From NCBI GenBank assembly GCA_021825655.1, contig JAKAGU010000001.1:50358-114357 (forward strand): 64,000 nucleotides of DNA, read 5' to 3'. Below the pieces are notes generated by a model. It did no database searches, was not told the origin of the DNA, and saw only the letters and a list, made by a program, of their open reading frames with translations. How positions within the stretch are numbered: the first letter of the stretch is position 1; every line of letters starts with the position of its first letter. Source of the DNA: a bacterium. Its GTDB lineage: Bacteria; Patescibacteriota; Doudnabacteria; UBA920. Below, one piece after another: positions 44,148-51,820 of the stretch. Position numbers and translations under genes: made by a program.

Positions 44148-45338
44148 ATGGAAAAAAATAAAAAAACCATTGGCGTGTTCTTTGGCTCCGGCAGCCCGGA
44201 ACATGATGTGTCTATCATTACAGCGCAATTAATCATCTCCGGGCTTAAGGGTTTGGGCTATCCCGTGGTGCCCGTGTACATTACCAAGAAAGGCCAGTGG
44301 CTCCTAGGCGAGGATTTGGGCAATTTAAAGATGTTCACCGATCCCAACAAGAAAGTGGAAGAGGTTAAAAATTTTGCCCACTATTTTTTGGATATGGAAG
44401 AATCGTCCGGCAAAATGGTGTTTAAGAAAAAGGGTTTGGCCGGCAAGACCGTTACTATCGATTTGGCTTTCCCCGCGCTTCACGGTTCGTTTGGCGAAGA
44501 CGGGACCATCCAGGGGATGTTTGAAATGCTGGGTGTGCCCTATGTGGGGTGCAATGTGCCGGCTTCGGCTGTGGCCATGGACAAAGCCCTGACCAAACAG
44601 GTCATGCAGGCAAGCCAGATACCCACCACCAAGTTTGTGGTCTTTACCAAAACTGATTGGGAAGGGGATAAGCAGGGCGTGCTGACAAAGGTGAAAACCA
44701 ATTTGGCTTGGCCTATGTTTGTAAAACCCGTGCACTTGGGCTCATCCATTGGCATTGGCAAAGCCAAAGACGACAAGGCCTTGGAGGAAAAAATTGAAGT
44801 GGCGCTATTTTATGACCACAAGGTTCTGGTGGAAGAAGGAGTTAAGGAAGTTATGGACGTGACCTGCTGCCTGATTGGTAACGAAAAGTTACGGACCTCG
44901 GCGCTCCAGGAGTCGGTCTACAATGCCGACCTGTTTGATTTCGAAGAAAAATATCTGAAAGACGGCGGGGCGCAGACAGGTAAGGCGCAAAACAGCCTGG
45001 TGATTCCGGCGCGCCTGGATGAAACAACCACGAAACAGATTCAGGAAACGGCCAAGCAGGTGTACCGGGCTTTGGGGTGCACTGGTATTGCGCGCGTGGA
45101 TTTTCTTTATGACAAACAATCTAAAATGTTTTACGCCAACGAAGTTAATCCTTTGCCGGGCACTTTATACCACCATTTGTGGAAAGCTTCGGGTTTGGAG
45201 TTGCCGGAGCTTTTGCAGCAGCTTGTGCGTTTGGCTGAAGAGCATTACCAAAAACAGCGCGAAGTGAACTACACTTTTGAATCTTCTTTGTTGAAGAGCC
45301 TGAATTCGACCAAGCTCAATTCGCAAAAGCTGAAATAG
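44148..45338 (+). CDS. ddl: D-alanine--D-alanine ligase
   Basis: 396 aa ATP-grasp protein with an N-terminal Ddl pattern (IGVFFGSGSPEHDVSI) and C-terminal ATP-grasp motifs. Confidence 0.85.
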   Translation: MEKNKKTIGVFFGSGSPEHDVSIITAQLIISGLKGLGYPVVPVYITKKGQWLLGEDLGNLKMFTDPNKKVEEVKNFAHYFLDMEESSGKMVFKKKGLAGKTVTIDLAFPALHGSFGEDGTIQGMFEMLGVPYVGCNVPASAVAMDKALTKQVMQASQIPTTKFVVFTKTDWEGDKQGVLTKVKTNLAWPMFVKPVHLGSSIGIGKAKDDKALEEKIEVALFYDHKVLVEEGVKEVMDVTCCLIGNEKLRTSALQESVYNADLFDFEEKYLKDGGAQTGKAQNSLVIPARLDETTTKQIQETAKQVYRALGCTGIARVDFLYDKQSKMFYANEVNPLPGTLYHHLWKASGLELPELLQQLVRLAEEHYQKQREVNYTFESSLLKSLNSTKLNSQKLK

Positions 45339-45416
45339 CGTTACATAACTAATTTGGGCCTGCTTGAAATAAACACGGTGAAACGCTTTAAGCTTTCGCC
45401 GTGTTTTATATAGAAC

Positions 45417-46034
45417 ATGAATTTAAAATTTGAAAAAGCAAAACTTAATAGCGGTGTCCGCTATGTTATTGGCTGCGACGAAGTCGGCCGTGGCAGTTTG
45501 GCCGGACCGGTGGTTGCGTGCGCGGTCGCGCTGGACATAAATTGTAAGAGCATGGGTTTGGGAGAGGTCAAAGACAGCAAGCAGCTGCTGCCTGCCAAAA
45601 GACGCGAGTTAAGTGCGCTTATTAAAGAAAGAGTTTGTGCTTGGGCCGTGGCGGAAGTGCAGCCGGCAACAATCGATAAGATGAATATCCATCACGCAAC
45701 TTTGCTAGCCATGAGGCGGGCCGTGGAAAAAATCTTGAAGGCTGTTCCATCCGAAACATGTTTGGTTTGCGTGGATGGAAAATTCATCATTCCAAAGTTT
45801 GGTATAAAACAGCAAGCAGTTGTGGGCGGCGACAATAAAATTTTTTCCATTGCCGCAGCTTCTATAGTTGCCAAAGTGCATCGCGACAAGTTAATGGAAA
45901 AGTTGGACAAGGTTTATCCGGAGTACGGCTTTGCCAAGCATAAAGGTTATGGAACGTTGCATCATAGGCAGGCGATTAAAAAATCCGGCATGAGCCCCGT
46001 GCACAGGAAGACTTTTTGCAGCCATTTGGTCTAG
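45417..46034 (+). CDS. rnhB: Ribonuclease HII
   Basis: 205 aa with an N-terminal GCDEVGRGSLAGPVV motif diagnostic of RNase HII. Confidence 0.85.
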   Translation: MNLKFEKAKLNSGVRYVIGCDEVGRGSLAGPVVACAVALDINCKSMGLGEVKDSKQLLPAKRRELSALIKERVCAWAVAEVQPATIDKMNIHHATLLAMRRAVEKILKAVPSETCLVCVDGKFIIPKFGIKQQAVVGGDNKIFSIAAASIVAKVHRDKLMEKLDKVYPEYGFAKHKGYGTLHHRQAIKKSGMSPVHRKTFCSHLV

Positions 46035-46056
46035 GTGCACCTTTAAGAAACGTTTC

Positions 46057-46086
46057 ATCAGCCGCTTTATTAAAAGCGGTTTTTTG
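46057..46086 (+). terminator. Intrinsic terminator after rnhB
   Basis: tcAGCCGCTTTattaAAAGCGGTttttttg. Confidence 0.6.
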
Positions 46087-46241
46087 ATTATAATAGTGTA
46101 AGTTTGTAGGGTTCCCAAAAATTAGGAGCGCAGGCATCCGAAGGATGGCGAGCACGGATTTTTGGGAAAGAGGAAGGCTTTCGGGGCTAGTGAGTTTTGA
46201 GCCGAAGGCCAAAACGAACAAGCATAAGATAAGCCTGACGA

Positions 46242-46332
46242 GGAGAGGTCGCATAGTGGTCTAGTGCGCTGGTCTCGAAAACCGGTAAGGGCCAAAAGCC
46301 CTTCGAGGGTTCGAATCCCTCCCTCTCCGCCA
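46242..46332 (+). tRNA. tRNA-Ser (anticodon CGA), class II
   Basis: Acceptor ggagagg/cctctcc, anticodon stem ctggt/accgg with loop cTCGAaa, long variable arm (taagggccaaaagcccttc), T-arm gaggg-ttcgaat-ccctc, discriminator G, CCA. Confidence 0.8.
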
Positions 46333-46343
46333 GTAAATAACCA

Positions 46344-46601
46344 TTGATGCATTATTTTTATATTTTGAAATGCCGGGACAAGAGCCTCTATAGCGGCGTG
46401 GCTAAGGACTTGGAGAAAAGAGAAGCGGTTCATAATTCAGGCAAAGGCTCCAAGTACGTTTGGGCGCATGGGGGCGGCAAAATTATTTACTCGGAAAAAT
46501 TTAAGACAATTGGCAAGGCTTTACGTAGGGAAGCGGAAGTGAAGAAATTTTCCAGGCGAGAAAAATTGGGTTTGATAAAGCTTGCCAAAAGGAAGAAATA
46601 A
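46344..46601 (+). CDS. GIY-YIG nuclease family protein (small, YhbQ/UPF0213-like)
   Basis: 85 aa. YFYILKCRDKSLYSGVAKDLEKR matches the GIY-YIG core. Starts with TTG or ATG immediately after tRNA-Ser. Confidence 0.65.
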   Translation: MMHYFYILKCRDKSLYSGVAKDLEKREAVHNSGKGSKYVWAHGGGKIIYSEKFKTIGKALRREAEVKKFSRREKLGLIKLAKRKK

Positions 46602-46959
46602 TTCTATGGATTTCAAATTCACCGACCAGGCTTTTGAAAACGAGTATCCCAAACTGGTCAGGGACAATATTCCGGCACTCTACAAAGCACGGACAGGCAA
46701 GGATGCGAAAATTGAAACCATCAAGTCAGACGAGGAGTTTTTGAAGTTCTTGCTAAAAAAGATGGTGGAAGAAGCCAGGGAATTGGAGTACTCTGTAAAA
46801 GCGGGCAATACGCAGGAAGAGCTGGCGGACATTTTCGAAATTATTGCGGCAATTTTGGACCTAAAAGGTTGGAGCCTTGAAGGTGTTGCAAGAGTCCAAA
46901 AAGACAAGCGGGCCAAGAATGGCGCGTTTGAAAAGCGGATAATCCTTTTGGAAAAATAA
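46582..46959 (+). CDS. MazG-like nucleotide pyrophosphohydrolase (all-alpha NTP-PPase) family protein
   Basis: 125 aa. EYPKLVRDNIP...EELADIFEIIAAI...RAKNGAFEKRIIL resembles the MazG/HisE-type NTP pyrophosphatase core. Overlaps the 3' end of the GIY-YIG ORF. Confidence 0.55.
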   Translation: MPKGRNNSMDFKFTDQAFENEYPKLVRDNIPALYKARTGKDAKIETIKSDEEFLKFLLKKMVEEARELEYSVKAGNTQEELADIFEIIAAILDLKGWSLEGVARVQKDKRAKNGAFEKRIILLEK

Positions 46960-46979
46960 CCAATAACCATCTAATTAAC

Positions 46980-47714
46980 ATGCAAAACAAAACCATACTT
47001 ATAAGCGGGGGAGTTACGGGCATTGGCGCGGCCACGGCTTTGGAGTTTCTGGAGCACGACTGGCAGGTTTCGGTTTTTAGCAACATGAAGGAAAATAACG
47101 AAGAATTTTTGAGGCTCGCCAAGTCGCAGGGCCTCTCCAGGGGCTTGTTAGTTTTAGATGCCGATATCACCAGGGAAAAAGATTTAAAAAAAGTCGTGGC
47201 TGAGACTAAAAAGAAGTTTAAGACAATTGACGTGCTGTTTAACAACGCCGGCATGGGCTATTTTACGGAAGCCGACAAGGTGGATGTGAAAAAGTTCGAC
47301 CAGATGATGGAGGTGAATGTGATCGGCATGGCGGATTTGACCAAGCAGGTTATCCCAATAATGAAGAAGCAGAAGCACGGCCAGATAATCAACAACTCCT
47401 CCATTGCGGGCAAGGTTGGGCATGCCAAAAGCGAATTCTACGCGGCTACCAAGTCCGCGGTTATGCGCTACTCGGAAGGCCTTAGGGCCGAACTGCAAAA
47501 GTTCGGCATCAAAGTCGCGGTGATTTATACCAGCACGGTGAAAACCGGCTTTTGGAGCAAAAAAGAATACAGCCGCCGCAAGAAAGAAAACTGGAAAGGC
47601 AAAGACCCGGTATTCTTAACTACCCAGGATTTGGCACGCACCGTGCAGTTTATAGTGGATCAGCCGGATCACAGTGCGGTCGAGGAAGTTACTATTATGC
47701 CGTTCGGCAAATGA
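46980..47714 (+). CDS. SDR family NAD(P)-dependent oxidoreductase
   Basis: 244 aa with a Rossmann motif ISGGVTGIG, NNAG, and the catalytic Y...K (YAATKSAV). Confidence 0.8.
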   Translation: MQNKTILISGGVTGIGAATALEFLEHDWQVSVFSNMKENNEEFLRLAKSQGLSRGLLVLDADITREKDLKKVVAETKKKFKTIDVLFNNAGMGYFTEADKVDVKKFDQMMEVNVIGMADLTKQVIPIMKKQKHGQIINNSSIAGKVGHAKSEFYAATKSAVMRYSEGLRAELQKFGIKVAVIYTSTVKTGFWSKKEYSRRKKENWKGKDPVFLTTQDLARTVQFIVDQPDHSAVEEVTIMPFGK

Positions 47715-47715
47715 T

Positions 47716-49038
47716 ATGGAAAAGTATTTTGGTGAAGAGACAAAAAAAGCCCTGCGCAATTTTCCATTTTCCACGCACCCCGTGAAAATGGAATTTATTT
47801 TGGCTATAGTAAAAATCAAGAGAGCCGCCGCCCTTGCAAATTTTAAGGCCGGCAACTTTAAGCGGCCGGTAAGCAACGCGATTATTAAAGCTTGCGATGA
47901 GGTTCTGTCCGGCAGGATAAAAGGCCAGTTTCCGCTATCTTCGTTCCAGGGCGGCGCCGGCACGGCCATTAACATGAATGTAAATGAGGTACTGGCTGCG
48001 CGGGCCACGGAAATTCTGGGTGGAAAAACTTTAGTGCACCCCAATGACCATGTGAATTGCAGCCAGTCCACCAACGATGTTAACCCTTCGGCCATAAAAG
48101 TGGCAGTGCGCGGTTTGCTTTTGGAACTGGACGCAGCTTTGGCCGGGCTTATAAAAACTTTCGAAACCAAAGCCAGGGCATTTTCCGGAACCGTCAAGCT
48201 GGGCCGGACACATTTGCAGGACGCAGTGCCTACGACTTTGGGGGCGGAGTTTGGGGCGTATGCGGAAAATTTGAAGGGCCACAAAAATACCTTGGAAGCT
48301 GCCCGTGGCTATTCAGAAATTTTGAATTTGGGCGGCACCGCCATCGGCAATTCAGCTAATGCCAGCCCTAAATATATAAAAGAAGTTTTTGCGGAATTAA
48401 ACAGGGTAACTAGGAGCCGGTTTGCGCCAGCGAAAAATTTTATGGCCAAAACGGGGTCGCACACGGACTTTGTAGCAATTTCTCAGGCAGTCACGGCCTT
48501 AAGCGTTGAACTGTCCAAAATTGCCAACGATTTTAAGCTTATGGCTTCGGGCCCGCGCGGAGGACTTGGAGAGCTGGTGTTGCCTGAATTGCAAAAAGGC
48601 TCATCCATTATGCCGGGTAAAATAAACCCGGTCCTGCCGGAAACCTTGAACCAACTGTATTTTTTGGTTTCAGGCAATAATTTGACGATAGAAAAAGCGT
48701 CCGAAGCTTCGCAGTTGGAACTGGGCGTAATGCTACCCGTGATTGCCGATCGTTTATTGGAGTCCGTTAAGCTGGCGGCCGAAAGCGTAAGGCAATTTGA
48801 TAAGTTTTGCGTAGCCAAGGTTAAAGCGGACGCCAAGCAATGCCGCGAACATTTGGAAAATTCGACTGCTTTTGCAACTTTCCTTACCCCAAAGTATGGG
48901 TATGACCGCATTAGCCAGCTGGTGAAGGCGGCGGTCAGAAATCACACCTCGTTCAAACAAGAGGTGCTGTCCAGCGGCCTGATGAAACCGGCTGAATGGC
49001 AGAGTTTCGTGCAGGGCGTAACCAAAAAGATAAGGTGA
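47716..49038 (+). CDS. aspA: Aspartate ammonia-lyase-like protein (fumarase/aspartase class II family)
   Basis: Start at the ATG (MEKYFGEE...) one nt after the SDR stop. Family signature GSSIMPGKINPVLPE. N-terminal FQGGAGTAINMNVNEV and overall similarity favour aspartase over fumarase C. Confidence 0.7.
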   Translation: MEKYFGEETKKALRNFPFSTHPVKMEFILAIVKIKRAAALANFKAGNFKRPVSNAIIKACDEVLSGRIKGQFPLSSFQGGAGTAINMNVNEVLAARATEILGGKTLVHPNDHVNCSQSTNDVNPSAIKVAVRGLLLELDAALAGLIKTFETKARAFSGTVKLGRTHLQDAVPTTLGAEFGAYAENLKGHKNTLEAARGYSEILNLGGTAIGNSANASPKYIKEVFAELNRVTRSRFAPAKNFMAKTGSHTDFVAISQAVTALSVELSKIANDFKLMASGPRGGLGELVLPELQKGSSIMPGKINPVLPETLNQLYFLVSGNNLTIEKASEASQLELGVMLPVIADRLLESVKLAAESVRQFDKFCVAKVKADAKQCREHLENSTAFATFLTPKYGYDRISQLVKAAVRNHTSFKQEVLSSGLMKPAEWQSFVQGVTKKIR

Positions 49039-49643
49039 AATATATTGATTTAACCCAGGTGCTCCGGGCGGGTATGCCGGTGTTTCCCGGCGACCCGGCT
49101 GTGGGGCTAAAAACAGCAACGGCCTCCCCCCAGGTGACGGAAGTTATTTTTGGCACGCACAGCGGGACCCATTTGGACGCGCCTAGCCATTTTTTTCCAG
49201 ACGGCAAAAAGTTGTCCGACTTTGCCGTGGAGAGCTTTGTGGGAAAAGGGGTCCTCTTGGATGTGCGCGGCAAAAAAAATATCGACAAAGAAATTTTATT
49301 GCATGCGGAAATTAAACCCGGAGATATTGTACTTATATACACAGGCTGGCAAGGAAAATATGGGACTAAAGAATACTTTAAGGATTATCCGGTTGTATCG
49401 GAGGGGCTGGCAAAAGAACTCGTGCGCCTACAGGTTAAAATGCTGGGGATAGATACTCCAAGCCCGGATAAAGAGCCCTTTTTGGTCCACGAGACCTTGC
49501 TCCAAAAAGAAATTTTAATTTTGGAAAATTTGTGCAACTTAGAAAAATTGTTAAAGACTAAAGATTTTGGAATTATCGCTTTGCCCTTAAGGCTGGAAAC
49601 GGACGGCGGCCCGGCCAGGGTGGTGGCAAAAATTTATGAATAA
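49035..49643 (+). CDS. Cyclase family protein (kynurenine formamidase-like, PF04199-type)
   Basis: GTG start overlapping the lyase stop (GTGA). HxGTHxDxPxH metal-binding motif (HSGTHLDAPSHF) and an N-terminal MPVFPGDP pattern. Confidence 0.6.
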   Translation: MKYIDLTQVLRAGMPVFPGDPAVGLKTATASPQVTEVIFGTHSGTHLDAPSHFFPDGKKLSDFAVESFVGKGVLLDVRGKKNIDKEILLHAEIKPGDIVLIYTGWQGKYGTKEYFKDYPVVSEGLAKELVRLQVKMLGIDTPSPDKEPFLVHETLLQKEILILENLCNLEKLLKTKDFGIIALPLRLETDGGPARVVAKIYE

Positions 49644-49980
49644 ATTCGGTGTGGTGCTTATTGTATTTTTCGGTGAGGCGCTAATGATCCTTGCCGAAAT
49701 GTGGGGCGCCAGGCACTACCAGCCCGGCGCATTTTGGAATGTTTTTTTCAAAATGCTGGCGGTCATGGGGGCGGGCGGAGCTTTGCTGGTGGCGGGGTAT
49801 GTGCTGGGCTATTCCAGCTTTAAGAACATCTGGGTGGTCAGCGTAGTTTCCATCACCTCGATTTTAATTATTGAGCCAACCTTAGCTTATGTGATTTTTC
49901 AGCAGACTCCCACCAAGGGGGCTGCCGCGGGCCTGCTGCTTGGTGCGTTGGGCTTGGCCCTGTCCTTATTTTGGAAATAG
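49636..49980 (+). CDS. Hypothetical 4-TM membrane protein
   Basis: 114 aa with four hydrophobic helices. Its start overlaps the cyclase stop (ATGAATAA). Confidence 0.45.
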   Translation: MNKFGVVLIVFFGEALMILAEMWGARHYQPGAFWNVFFKMLAVMGAGGALLVAGYVLGYSSFKNIWVVSVVSITSILIIEPTLAYVIFQQTPTKGAAAGLLLGALGLALSLFWK

Positions 49981-49985
49981 CTTTT

Positions 49986-51089
49986 ATGAAAAAAGTTTTG
50001 ATTTTTTACACCTCGGTGGGCCTGGGCCACAAGTACATTGCGGAAAATATCGGCTGGCAGCTGGGGCAGGCCGGGTTAGAGGTGCGCCTGGAGGATGTTT
50101 CCAAAGTACAGGACGGCAAGTTTGCCAGAACCCTGATCGGGGTGCATTGGTTTATAAACCGGTACCTGCCTTTTGTCTGGAGCTGGCTGTACAAAAGCCG
50201 GCTGGTTAATTTTTTAATCTCACCCCTGCGTTTGCCGCTGGCCGCCCGGAATTCCGGGCGCGTTGAAAAACTGATTCTGGCATACCGGCCTGATATGGTC
50301 ATTACCACCCAGACCACGGCCTCCGCTGCGGTTGCGTATTTGAAAAAGCGAGGGGTCTACACCCGGCCGTTTGGCATTGCCTTTTCGGATTTTCACCTGC
50401 ACCGTTTCTGGTTGTATGACCAGGCGGATTTTTACCTGGCTAATATTTTGGAGCAAAAAACAGAAATGCTGCGCCTGGGCATTTTGCCTGAAAAAATTTA
50501 CGTGTGCGGCATGGCCCTGCAGCCGCAGCCGGAAGTGGATACGGCGGCGATAAAAGAAAAGTTGGGCATAGTCCCAGTAGAGAAGGTAGTGCTTGTCGGC
50601 AGCGGTTCTTTGGGCACGGGTTTGAATGAGGAGTTAATCCGAAATATATCCAGCCTGCAAAAGGTAAGGGTGCTTGTGGTGTGCGGCAAGAACGAAGGTT
50701 ACAAAGAACGCCTAATGCAAAAATTTGTCCAAACCAATATCAAGATCTTCGGTTTCTATTCGCCCATGAGCGAACTTTACGCGATTGCGGATATATATGT
50801 CGGCAAGCCGGGCGGTCTCACCACGGCTGAGGCTTTGTCCTGGAATCTCCCACTGCTGGTCACCCACTGGTTGCCGGGGCAGGAAGAGCTGAATGTCGAA
50901 TATTTAAAAAACCGCCGTTTGATTATGCTGGCAGGCAATGCGGTCGCTCAGGTTAAACAGGAAATTGACACCGGCGAGTTTAAAAAGCAGCTGGCCATAA
51001 ATTCGGCGGCGGCCCGGTTGGTTAGGCCCGAATTTAGCGTTCAAACGGCCGTTTTGCGGGTGCTTCACGGTTTGACTAATCGCGGCTGA
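49986..51089 (+). CDS. GT28-family diacylglycerol glycosyltransferase (UgtP/MGDG-synthase-like)
   Basis: ATG start (MKKVLIFYTSVGLGHKYIAENIG...). MGDG-synthase-like N-terminal domain plus GT28 C-terminal domain. Confidence 0.65.
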   Translation: MKKVLIFYTSVGLGHKYIAENIGWQLGQAGLEVRLEDVSKVQDGKFARTLIGVHWFINRYLPFVWSWLYKSRLVNFLISPLRLPLAARNSGRVEKLILAYRPDMVITTQTTASAAVAYLKKRGVYTRPFGIAFSDFHLHRFWLYDQADFYLANILEQKTEMLRLGILPEKIYVCGMALQPQPEVDTAAIKEKLGIVPVEKVVLVGSGSLGTGLNEELIRNISSLQKVRVLVVCGKNEGYKERLMQKFVQTNIKIFGFYSPMSELYAIADIYVGKPGGLTTAEALSWNLPLLVTHWLPGQEELNVEYLKNRRLIMLAGNAVAQVKQEIDTGEFKKQLAINSAAARLVRPEFSVQTAVLRVLHGLTNRG

Positions 51090-51141
51090 TTGTTTATCAT
51101 AACCTTGCAAAGGTTTGAGGATTAATTTCGCGCGAGATTTT

Positions 51142-51702
51142 ATGGCAAAGAAAGAAAAAACTTCGTTTTTTGGGAAAATTATGGGCGGTAATGTTACGGA
51201 AGAAATGCCTGAAAAAGTCGCTGTTTCACATATCCAAGAAACCGAATACGAAGAAGAGCTGACTCCGGAAGAAGAAGTTGAAGAGCAAGATATGGTTGTG
51301 GAGGCCGTGGAACCCGTGCCCACAAAACCGGAACAGCCTGCGCAGCAGGGCGATGACTGGATGGCTGACTACGAAGGACAGCTGAATATTGATATGTACC
51401 AGACCAAGGACAACGTTATTATCAAATCGACGATTGCCGGCGTCCGGCCTGAGGATATTGATATCACGGTAGCCAACGACATGGTTACGGTAAAAGGCGC
51501 CCGCAGGAAAGAAGAGAATGTGGCGGAAGATGACTATTTCTACCAGGAATGCTATTGGGGCGGTTTTTCCCGCAGCGTGATTGTGCCGGTGGATATTGAC
51601 AGCGAGCATATTGAAGCCGATTTGAAAGACGGAATATTAACCATAATTATTCCCAAAGCGGCCAAGGCCAAAACCAAAAAAGTGAAAGTTAAGGGCCTGT
51701 AA
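51142..51702 (+). CDS. Hsp20/alpha-crystallin family small heat-shock protein with an acidic N-terminal extension
   Basis: ACD motifs (DMYQTKDNVIIKSTIAGVRPEDIDITV...FSRSVIVPVDIDSEHIEADLKDGILTIIIPK). The ATG start is chosen over the upstream TTG. Confidence 0.75.
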   Translation: MAKKEKTSFFGKIMGGNVTEEMPEKVAVSHIQETEYEEELTPEEEVEEQDMVVEAVEPVPTKPEQPAQQGDDWMADYEGQLNIDMYQTKDNVIIKSTIAGVRPEDIDITVANDMVTVKGARRKEENVAEDDYFYQECYWGGFSRSVIVPVDIDSEHIEADLKDGILTIIIPKAAKAKTKKVKVKGL

Positions 51703-51716
51703 TCCAATACTTTTTT

Positions 51717-51754
51717 CCCCTGGAAACCTTTTGGTTTCCAGGGGAATTTCTTTT
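51717..51754 (+). terminator. Intrinsic terminator after hsp20
   Basis: CCCCTGGAAACCttttGGTTTCCAGGGGaatttctttt. Confidence 0.6.
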
Positions 51755-51820
51755 GCCGGACGTGTGGCAAGGCCGGAGGAAAAATGCTAAAATAAACCTG
51801 CTGAATATAACTCTTATATA

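Noticed and set aside
46100-46241. 4.5S/SRP RNA assignment for the structured region upstream of tRNA-Ser
   Set aside because: There is some resemblance to SRP domain IV, but the apical loop is not GNRA and the conserved symmetric-loop nucleotides do not line up. Kept only as an unassigned structured element.
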